Source of the DNA: Deltaproteobacteria bacterium
GTDB lineage: Bacteria; Myxococcota_A; Polyangia; GCA-2747355
Assembly (NCBI GenBank): GCA_020633415.1
Contig: JACKDQ010000002.1
Span: 134,945-198,944, forward strand
Direction: 5' to 3'
DNA: 64,000 bases
Notes under the pieces: model-generated
Databases searched by the model: none
What the model was told of the DNA's origin: nothing
Seen by the model: the letters and a program-made list of their open reading frames with translations, nothing else
Shown: positions 57,167 to 64,000 of the stretch, in pieces
How positions within the stretch are numbered: position 1 is the first letter of the stretch
Layout: every line of letters begins with the position of its first letter
Position numbers and translations under genes: made by a program

Positions 57167-58111
57167 CTACTTGCTCCGCGACTTGCGCTGGCGCTTGAAG
57201 ATCAGCACAAAGGCGTTTTTCGCTCGCTCGAACAACAGCACTTTGCGCCGCGACTGCTGCTTGAGAAACGGCGCGAACCAGGCTTGCTTTTGCAGCAACG
57301 TCTGATCGCCTTCGATGTATTCGGGGACGAACAGGTCGAGTTCAAGATAGCGATCGCCGAGCGCCTTGATCATCGCCGGACCGTAACTGTAGTGCTCGAT
57401 CCCCGTCGTTGGATAGCGGTCGTTGTGCAGCGCGCCGCCATAGGCGAGCACCAGATCGCGCCGTCCGCGATCACCCTTGCCGCGCCACATCGCCACACTG
57501 GCGTCTTCGACCGCACGCTTGATCGGATCGCTGCGCACGTGGTGAATCGCCAAGAGTTTCTCGCGCAACTGGTCGGCGGTCATCTTCAGAAAGGTGTCGT
57601 AGTTGACGCCTTCTTGGCCGCTGAGCAGACGGCGATAGTCGGCGCAAGTCATCTCCAGGATATGCGGCTTGACCAACTTGTGCCGCGCCCGCTTCACCAG
57701 CGTAAGGATTTCGTCCTCGGTTTGTGCGGGTCGCTTGGTGGTCTCTTCAACGTCCTTGACCACCGCCTTTTCGCTGCTGCCGCAATCACCCTTGGTGATC
57801 CAGGTCTCGATCACCAGATCCGAGGTACGCCGATCGAGCAGACGGCTAAACAACTCTCGGGTAAAGCGTCGCAACGAGGAGGCAACCCGCACGCTTTCGT
57901 GCTTTTGATGATATTCGCCAACACCGATCAGCGCCGGCTTGCGGCGCAGTACATAGCGCAGCGCTTCTTGCGCCGAGGAGAACTTGCGCAGCGTTGGATA
58001 AGCCACCGGTTCGCTGGGCTGACTCGCTGCGGGCGTCGGCTGGGCAGCGAGCTCAGCACCGAGCGCGAACACCAATAAGGCCGTGATCACCGCCTGGCGC
58101 TTCAAGGGCAT
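57167..58111 (-). CDS. secreted hypothetical protein (possible ChaN/Tiki-superfamily fold)
   Basis: Signal peptide. GVGEYHQ and YGGALHN loosely recall the GExH...GxxH motifs of that superfamily (weak). Confidence 0.55.
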   Translation of the reverse strand: MPLKRQAVITALLVFALGAELAAQPTPAASQPSEPVAYPTLRKFSSAQEALRYVLRRKPALIGVGEYHQKHESVRVASSLRRFTRELFSRLLDRRTSDLVIETWITKGDCGSSEKAVVKDVEETTKRPAQTEDEILTLVKRARHKLVKPHILEMTCADYRRLLSGQEGVNYDTFLKMTADQLREKLLAIHHVRSDPIKRAVEDASVAMWRGKGDRGRRDLVLAYGGALHNDRYPTTGIEHYSYGPAMIKALGDRYLELDLFVPEYIEGDQTLLQKQAWFAPFLKQQSRRKVLLFERAKNAFVLIFKRQRKSRSK

Positions 58112-58281
58112 GCCTGCTTAGACGTCGGCTCAGCCGCGATGTTCCCCATCACCGACCATTGTCGGCGATCGATGCCAAACAGGCTAGCGCGGTTCACCCG
58201 CCAAGGGCACGGCGAGATCGATCCGAATCGCGCCGACCAACGCCCCACGGGCACGCACAGTACTAGCGCAACGCGCGAAAA

Positions 58282-59097
58282 TTACTGGAGCGACTGCCAA
58301 TCGCCGTTGGCGATCCAATCATCGACTTCGGCCCGGGTCAGCGGCGCGGCGATCAAGCTGCGGAAGCAGGTCTGCCAAAACAACCAGGACTGGGTGGAAA
58401 CCGCCACGCCGAGCACCTTTTGGTCGACAATCAACGGCCCGCCGGAGTCGCCACGGCAGATCTTCTGCTCGCCCTGTTTGGTCTTCCAGCGCAAGGCGCG
58501 GCCAAACCGTGAGCGAGGTGGACGCAGTTTCCCTTCGGCAGCAGCCTCTTCGGCGACGATTCCGAAAAAGGTCGCCACAAAGATCCGCGCGATGATCTCG
58601 CCCAGCTTGCGATCGCGATCGCCAAAACCGACGATCGTCGCCTGATCCTTGACGTTGTAAGCGCCATCTTCGCTGAGCGTCATCGCCACCGCCCCTGCAA
58701 ACGCGGGGGCGTGGAGCATCGCCAGGTCAAACTGCTGTTTGTTGGCGCCCGAGGTCGAAGCGTAGGACGGGTGGATCCAGTAGGCTTTCGCCTGCCCCCG
58801 CGGCCTGCGCAGATTGATCGTACTGCCGGTGAAGATCTCGACCTTGGCCAGCGGCTTGGCACTGGCGGTCAAGCAATGCGCAGCGGTCAGCAAATAGCCC
58901 TCACCAACATGAAATGCCGTGCACTGGGTCTCACGCTCCTCGCCAAATGACATGACCAAGCCGTGCACCGCGGCAAACTCGGCGGGAACTTCGGCTTTGC
59001 CGGTGGCGTCGGCATCGGCGGGCTCAATCGCTGGTGCGCCGCAGGCGACGACAGCAGAAAGCAGGGTTAGCAACAGGCATCGGATCGTCAGCAGCAT
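58282..59097 (-). CDS. trypsin-like (S1) serine protease, secreted
   Basis: LTAAHC (His), FDLAMLH (Asp), CRGDSGGPL (Ser). Signal peptide/lipobox VVAC. Confidence 0.9.
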   Translation of the reverse strand: MLLTIRCLLLTLLSAVVACGAPAIEPADADATGKAEVPAEFAAVHGLVMSFGEERETQCTAFHVGEGYLLTAAHCLTASAKPLAKVEIFTGSTINLRRPRGQAKAYWIHPSYASTSGANKQQFDLAMLHAPAFAGAVAMTLSEDGAYNVKDQATIVGFGDRDRKLGEIIARIFVATFFGIVAEEAAAEGKLRPPRSRFGRALRWKTKQGEQKICRGDSGGPLIVDQKVLGVAVSTQSWLFWQTCFRSLIAAPLTRAEVDDWIANGDWQSLQ

Positions 59098-59238
59098 GGC
59101 GAGCTCCAGCAGGGCAAAAGACAGCCAGCGTACGCCGATGCAAAATGAAGTCCATACGCGATAAACAAAAGAGATCAGCTACGGCGCGCGCCCGAATAGC
59201 AGAACTCCGGCGAGCGCAGCAAACACAGACCGAGCCCG

Positions 59239-60900
59239 CTAGTGCGGTTCGCTAGCGATGATCGCCTGGTAGGTCAGCAGTCCCCCGCTGAGGTTGCGCG
59301 CATCAAAACCATGCTGGCGTAGCGCGCGAACGGCGTAATAGGCGCGCTGACCGACCCGGCAATACAGCCAAAGCTCGCCACCTTGAGGCAATTTGTCGAG
59401 GCCCTGGCGCAATTGAGAAAGCGGCAAGCTGAGTGCGCCGGGGATGTGCTCGGACTCGAATTCATTGGGTTCGCGAACGTCGACCAGCGTGACATCACCG
59501 CGTTGATCGAGCGCCCGCCAACTGGCAAGCGGCATGTCGCCACGCAAAACATTGGCGGCGATCATCCCGGCCATGTTGACCGGATCTTTGGCGGCGCCAA
59601 ACTGTGGCGCGTAGCACAACTCGGCTTCTTCGAGGTCGTAGACCGTTGCACCCATTTGGATCGCCATCGCGATCACATCGATCCGTCGCTCGACCCCGGC
59701 CTCGCCCGTGGCTTGCGCCCCGAGAATCTTGCCGTCGGCCAGCGAAAACGTCAGCTTCAGGTGAATCGGCCGCGCGCCGGGATAATAGCCAACGTGATGC
59801 CCAGGGTGTAGATAGATGCTCGCCACGTCGCTTTGGGCGCGCTCGGCGAGCAGCTTCTCCGTCGCACCGGTCTGCGCAATGACTTGGTCGAACACGCCGC
59901 AAACGGCAGTCGACTGCACGCCGCGAAAGCGCGAGCCGCGGCCGGCGATGCTGTCGGCGGCGACGCGTCCCTGGCGGTTGGCCGGACCCGCCAACGGCAC
60001 GATGTGCGGCGTCCCGTGGACGACGTGGGTCACCTCGATCGCGTCACCGACCGCCCAAATATGCGGGTCACTGGTTTGCATCTCCGTATCGACTTGGATC
60101 GCTTTGGTCTGGCCGAGGGTTAGCCCAGCGTCGGCGGCCAAGCTGGTCTCGGGAACGATGCCCATCCCAAGGATCACCAGGTCGGCAGGAAACCGGCTGC
60201 CGTCCCGGGTCGCGACGGTCAATCCGCCACCATCGGGCGAAAAGCCGGCGACACCATCACCGAGGTGCAACTTTACGCCCTTGCGCTGTAACGTTTCAGC
60301 GATCGGCGCAGCCATCTCGCGATCGAGGCTCGGCATCACCTGCTCGGCAAGCTCGATCAAGGTCACCTCGACGCCCCGGCGCGTGAGGTTCTCGGCCATC
60401 TCCAACCCAATAAACCCAGCGCCGACCACCACCGCCCGCTGAACGTTCTTTTCGACCAACCAGCTGCGGATCAACCGACTGTCGGGGATCGTCCGCAGCG
60501 AAAAGATGCCTGGCAGATCGATACCGGGGATCGGCGGTCGAACCGGACGACCTCCCGGCGAGAGAACCAACGCGTCGTAGCGCTCTTGATAGTCGCGCCT
60601 GCCCTTTAGGTCGCGAACGATCACCGTTTGCCCTGCGCGATCGATCGAGAGCACCTCGCTATCGGTGCGCACGTCGATAGCAAAGCGCTCCCGAAAGAGC
60701 TCCGGCGAAGCGACGAGCAGTTTGCGCTCATCGGCGATGACGTCGCCAACGTAATAGGGCAGGCCGCAGTTGGCGAAGCTCACGTAAGGCCCGCGGTCAA
60801 AAACAACGATCTCCCAGTGTTCTTTGAGACGTCGCAATCGTGCCGCACATGAAGCACCGCCGGCGACGCCCCCAACGATCAACGCGCGCTTTTTTTCCAT
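59239..60900 (-). CDS. CoA-disulfide/persulfide reductase-type FAD oxidoreductase with C-terminal rhodanese domain
   Basis: Start MEKKRALIVGGVAGGASCA (FAD fold). Redox Cys in SFANCGLPYY. Rhodanese loop CRVGQR. Confidence 0.9.
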   Translation of the reverse strand: MEKKRALIVGGVAGGASCAARLRRLKEHWEIVVFDRGPYVSFANCGLPYYVGDVIADERKLLVASPELFRERFAIDVRTDSEVLSIDRAGQTVIVRDLKGRRDYQERYDALVLSPGGRPVRPPIPGIDLPGIFSLRTIPDSRLIRSWLVEKNVQRAVVVGAGFIGLEMAENLTRRGVEVTLIELAEQVMPSLDREMAAPIAETLQRKGVKLHLGDGVAGFSPDGGGLTVATRDGSRFPADLVILGMGIVPETSLAADAGLTLGQTKAIQVDTEMQTSDPHIWAVGDAIEVTHVVHGTPHIVPLAGPANRQGRVAADSIAGRGSRFRGVQSTAVCGVFDQVIAQTGATEKLLAERAQSDVASIYLHPGHHVGYYPGARPIHLKLTFSLADGKILGAQATGEAGVERRIDVIAMAIQMGATVYDLEEAELCYAPQFGAAKDPVNMAGMIAANVLRGDMPLASWRALDQRGDVTLVDVREPNEFESEHIPGALSLPLSQLRQGLDKLPQGGELWLYCRVGQRAYYAVRALRQHGFDARNLSGGLLTYQAIIASEPH

Positions 60901-61048
60901 GCGGCAGCCTACCCCAGCGCCAACCAGGCTTACAACCGCAGCGCCAGTCCTGCTGCGAACAGCCGTGCTGCAGGCCGATTGTTGCCAGCTGCCACGCCAG
61001 TTGCCGCCAGTCGCAACGCCAGTTGCCAGCGATGCCCGCCGCCAACAC

Positions 61049-61070
61049 CGGCTAAACAACGGTTTAGCCG
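61049..61070. promoter_or_regulatory. 22-bp palindrome between divergent genes
   Basis: CGGCTAAAC-AACG-GTTTAGCCG, a perfect 9-bp inverted repeat. Confidence 0.3.
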
Positions 61071-61140
61071 CCGCTCAGGCTGGTCCGATACCTGCACGTG
61101 ATCGAAGCGGCGTCCGCCGCGCCGAGCTCCGGGAGGTATC

Positions 61141-61419
61141 ATGGGCCAAGGCCAGTCCAACGCCGCGATTCGCATCGAAAGCCTAGAGAGACCCCGCACG
61201 CCGGGGCAGCGACGTCGCTGGCGCGACCGGATCAGCCAGGTCATCCGCCTCAGACCGAGCGCGCCACCGCCGCTTCCCGGCGGAGTACTCGAGGAAGACG
61301 ACCAGAGCGCCCCTTTGGTCGAGCTCGTCGCTCGGGCAACCGGGCGGCCGGTCGTGCCCCCAAAACCGACGCCAACCTTTGCCGACCTCGACGCGATCAT
61401 CGAAGACTACAAGCGCTAG
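61141..61419 (+). CDS. small hypothetical protein (92 aa)
   Basis: GGGAGG lies 4 nt upstream of the ATG. Pro-rich middle section. Confidence 0.5.
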   Translation: MGQGQSNAAIRIESLERPRTPGQRRRWRDRISQVIRLRPSAPPPLPGGVLEEDDQSAPLVELVARATGRPVVPPKPTPTFADLDAIIEDYKR

Positions 61420-61543
61420 CCTTTCGAAGCCAACCCGCCGACAACATAAACATTTCTCTTCCGATCCCGGCAGGCCGGCCCCAACAGTATCGTCCAGCCC
61501 AGAGATGGACACATCACGCCAAAGTGAGCTAAAAGGCGCCGCG

Positions 61544-61987
61544 ATGAAGATCAACGACCGAGCCCCCGCTCATGCCCGCGACGATATCCTGATCGCGGCC
61601 CCACTCGAACTGGTCTGGCAGCTCCACTGTGACGTCGACAACTGGGCCAACTGGCAACCGGACATTTCGCGAGCCAAACTCGATACGCCGCTTGCTATCG
61701 GCGCCTCCTTCACCTGGAAGGCCGGACCGGCGGCGATCGCCTCGCGCATCGAGGCCTTTGAGCCACAGCGCACGATGGGCTGGAGCGGCAAGGCGATGGG
61801 AGCGCGAGCGTTGCACGTCTGGCACTTCGACCGGCGTGGTGACCAAACCTACGTTGAAACCGCCGAGTCGCTCGAAGGGCTGGTGATCCGCATGGCCGGC
61901 CGCAAAGCCCAGGCAATGCTTGAAAAGACCTGTCGCCGCTGGCTCGAAGCGCTCAAAGCCGAGGCTGAACGCCGTCACGCTGGCTGA
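61544..61987 (+). CDS. SRPBCC-family (polyketide cyclase/Bet v1-like) protein
   Basis: ...ILIAAPLELVWQLHCDVDNWANWQPDI... is a typical SRPBCC N-terminus. Alternative start at 61505. Confidence 0.7.
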   Translation: MKINDRAPAHARDDILIAAPLELVWQLHCDVDNWANWQPDISRAKLDTPLAIGASFTWKAGPAAIASRIEAFEPQRTMGWSGKAMGARALHVWHFDRRGDQTYVETAESLEGLVIRMAGRKAQAMLEKTCRRWLEALKAEAERRHAG

Positions 61988-62038
61988 GCCCTATTTCCGC
62001 TGTTGTGGCGACGGCTTCCCGACCGAAGGCCGCCGAGA

Positions 62039-62067
62039 TTGACGACTGAGCTGTGGGCTGCTATCAA
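62039..62067 (+). promoter_or_regulatory. sigma70-type promoter for the his leader
   Basis: TTGACG, 17 nt, TATCAA. The predicted TSS is about 62074, 2 nt before the leader ATG. Confidence 0.45.
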
Positions 62068-62075
62068 TTCAACCG

Positions 62076-62162
62076 ATGATTGGCCCGCAAAAATGCCACG
62101 CCTGCGTTGCTGACCGCCATCACGGTCATCATCACCATTGTGATCATCGAGGGCCGGCCTAG
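62076..62162 (+). CDS. hisL: histidine-rich leader peptide (28 codons): MIGPQKCHACVADRHHGHHHHCDHRGPA
   Basis: Hand-translated and below the ORF-track cutoff. 8 His codons, 7 of them within 10 consecutive codons. Lies immediately upstream of a terminator and hisG. Confidence 0.6.
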   Translation: MIGPQKCHACVADRHHGHHHHCDHRGPA

Positions 62163-62186
62163 GTATTTTCCCAGCAAGTTGAACCA

Positions 62187-62216
62187 ACGTCGGCCTCCGA
62201 GCCGGCGTTTTTTTTT
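62187..62216 (+). terminator. intrinsic terminator (attenuator) upstream of hisG
   Basis: 8-bp stem ACGTCGGC / GCCGGCGT (one G-U pair) with a 6-nt loop, followed by T9 (62208-62216). Lies 62 nt before the hisG ATG. Confidence 0.7.
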
Positions 62217-62278
62217 GCGCGATCTTCCTGCCCCAAAAAAAACGCCCCGCCCGGTGGTCAAGAAGATGGACCGTCGAA

Positions 62279-63151
62279 ATGGAAAACAAGGGAATCGAAC
62301 CGCTCAAGCTAGCGCTGCCCAAAGGGCGGATGCAGGACGGCGTGCTGTCCTTACTGGCCGATGCCGGCATCGCACTGACCAATACCGCGCGCAGCTACCG
62401 CCCACAGATCTCGCTGGCCAACTGCGAAGTCAAGCAGCTCAAGCCACAAAACGTCGTCGAGATGCTCCATGTCGGCTCACGCGATATCGGCTTTGCCGGT
62501 GCCGACTGGGTCGCTGAGCTGGGCGTCGAAGTGGTCGAGCTGCTCAACACCGAGCTCAACCCGGTCGAGATCGTGCTCGCGGCACCACCAGCGTTGCTCG
62601 ATGGCGGAGAACTTCCGCCACGTCGATTGTTGCTGGCAACTGAATACGTTCGGTTGACCAGCGATTGGATCGACGCGCGTGGACGCACCGATCAGGTGCT
62701 GCGGACCTACGGCGCTACAGAGGTATTTCCTCCCGAGGACGCCGATGCGATCGTCGACAACTCAGCAACAGGCAGCACGCTGGCGGCAAACGGCCTGCAG
62801 ATCGTCGACCGATTGATGCGGTCTTCGACACGCCTCTACGCTAACCCGCGCGCGCTCGACAACCCAACCAAGCGCCAACGCATCGAAGACCTCAAGCTGC
62901 TGCTCTGCGCGGTGCTCGACGCGCGACGACGGGTCATGCTCGAGGTCAACGTTTCGAAAGACCGCCTCGATGAGGTACTGACAACGCTGCCCTGCATGCG
63001 CCAGCCGACGATCGCTTCGCTGGCCAACGATGCGGGGTTCGCCGTCAAAGTCGCCATCCCCCGTGCACAGCTCGCCGATACCGTTCCGCGTGTACGCGCC
63101 GCCGGCGGCACTGATATCGTGATCACTCGCCCGGAGCAAATCATCGCATGA
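62279..63151 (+). CDS. hisG: ATP phosphoribosyltransferase (long form)
   Basis: LKLALPKGRMQD N-terminus and overall HisG similarity. 290 aa implies a C-terminal regulatory domain. Confidence 0.9.
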   Translation: MENKGIEPLKLALPKGRMQDGVLSLLADAGIALTNTARSYRPQISLANCEVKQLKPQNVVEMLHVGSRDIGFAGADWVAELGVEVVELLNTELNPVEIVLAAPPALLDGGELPPRRLLLATEYVRLTSDWIDARGRTDQVLRTYGATEVFPPEDADAIVDNSATGSTLAANGLQIVDRLMRSSTRLYANPRALDNPTKRQRIEDLKLLLCAVLDARRRVMLEVNVSKDRLDEVLTTLPCMRQPTIASLANDAGFAVKVAIPRAQLADTVPRVRAAGGTDIVITRPEQIIA

Positions 63152-64000
63152 CCACACCGCCCAAAGCTGTCGGCGCCCTCGGCGAAATGCGACGCTACGC
63201 GCCAAACAAACACCCGGCGCCGATCGAGTTGCGCCTTTCGGGCAACGAGGGTGCTTTGCGCGATCCGCAGATCGCGGCGCGATTGGCCAGCGCGATCAGC
63301 GCATCGAGCCTGCGAGACTACCCCGATACGACGTCGTTAACCGCCCAAGTCGCCGAGCGCTTCGGGGTCACCACAGATCGCGTGCTGGTCACCGCCGGCG
63401 CCGATGACGCGCTCTACCGAGCGCTGCTTTGCTACGCCAGTGGTCGTAATGTCGTGCTGCCCAGCCCGACTTTTGAGATGCTCGACCGTTATATTGCGCT
63501 GGTTGGTGGCGAGCTGCGCACGATCCCGTGGACTCAGCCGAGCTACCCGTTGCAAGAGGTAGAATCGCAGATCGACCCGAACACCGGTGTGGTCTTCGTC
63601 GTCAGCCCCAACAATCCGACCGGCGGCTGCTGCTCGCCCGCGCAGCTTAAGCGCCTGCTCCGCAGCGCTAACAATGCGCTAGTGATCGTCGACGAGGCTT
63701 ACGGAGAATTTGCCAACGAGCCGTTGACCGAAATCGCGCTAAGCAGTCCCAATGCGCTGCTGCTGCGAACCCTCTCGAAGGCCTGGGGACTGGCCGGCCT
63801 TCGCGTGGGCTTTGCGATCGGCGCCCCAGAAGTCATCGAAGTGCTGCGCAGCGTCGGACAACCTTACGCGGTCAGTGGTCCATCGCTAGCGATCGCTGTT
63901 GCCGCCCTCGCCGCAGAAGGCCACTGGGTTGACGACTACGTCGACCGCGTCCGTACCGAACGCGAACAACTCGTCCAGCTGCTTGCAGAGCTCGGCCAGA
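63148..64000 (+). CDS. hisC: histidinol-phosphate aminotransferase (3'-truncated by the window)
   Basis: ATGA overlap with hisG. Hand translation gives ...SPNNPTG...VDEAY...TLSKAWGLAGLRVG (PLP-Lys motif). Absent from the ORF track because there is no in-window stop. Confidence 0.85.
   Translation, partial: MTTPPKAVGALGEMRRYAPNKHPAPIELRLSGNEGALRDPQIAARLASAISASSLRDYPDTTSLTAQVAERFGVTTDRVLVTAGADDALYRALLCYASGRNVVLPSPTFEMLDRYIALVGGELRTIPWTQPSYPLQEVESQIDPNTGVVFVVSPNNPTGGCCSPAQLKRLLRSANNALVIVDEAYGEFANEPLTEIALSSPNALLLRTLSKAWGLAGLRVGFAIGAPEVIEVLRSVGQPYAVSGPSLAIAVAALAAEGHWVDDYVDRVRTEREQLVQLLAELGQ

Noticed and set aside
56882-58078. 398-aa ORF antisense to the M28 and 314-aa secreted-protein genes
   Set aside because: It spans an intergenic gap and two genes on the other strand. 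It is low-complexity and Arg/Leu/Ala-rich. The minus-strand frames have signal peptides and catalytic motifs.
62080-62517. 145-aa ORF whose start reads TAITVIITIVIIEG (looks like a Thr/Ile/Val leader peptide) and runs across the hisG start
   Set aside because: This is the +1 frame of the CAT/CAC run. It reads through the terminator and into hisG out of frame. The His frame ends cleanly before the terminator and matches the downstream his genes.

Overview
High-GC bacterial chromosomal window (GC not computed; third codon positions are strongly G/C-biased). It is densely coding on both strands, and I call about 58 CDSs. I found no rRNA, tRNA, CRISPR array, transposase or integrase. The ORF track uses GTG/TTG starts and includes many long antisense ORFs of the kind high-GC DNA produces; I rejected those.

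Gene content: there are two rows of secreted hydrolases. The first is a sigma54-type promoter, an outer-membrane barrel, a 1249-aa Zn-metalloprotease lipoprotein and an S8 peptidase. The second is M64, M28 and S1 peptidases. The window is dense in c-di-GMP proteins: an RR-GGDEF, a PilZ-DUF4388 protein and a PilZ-Hsp70(NBD)-PilZ protein. There is an envelope/glycan operon of a Wzx-like flippase, an MMPL exporter with an inserted 7-bladed propeller and an AsnB-like amidotransferase, with a divergent GT4. Several Cys-rich lipoproteins and eukaryote-like proteins are present: an iodotyrosine-deiodinase homolog, a steroid-5-alpha-reductase-like protein and a VWC-like x3 + Kazal protein. Housekeeping genes include typA, glgA, msrAB, hisG and hisC. 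This content suggests a Myxococcota/Bradymonadia-like organism, but that is inference only.

Most notable findings:
1. A compact, apparently leaderless His-codon leader peptide plus intrinsic terminator directly upstream of hisG.
2. A co-directional PilZ-Hsp70NBD-PilZ / Ser-Thr kinase / JAMM gene trio.
3. The MMPL-propeller fusion operon.
4. A secreted protein with three VWC-like repeats and a Kazal domain.
5. A 23-bp perfect inverted repeat bracketing a structured 148-bp intergenic segment.

All domain calls come from motifs read by eye. No database search was possible.
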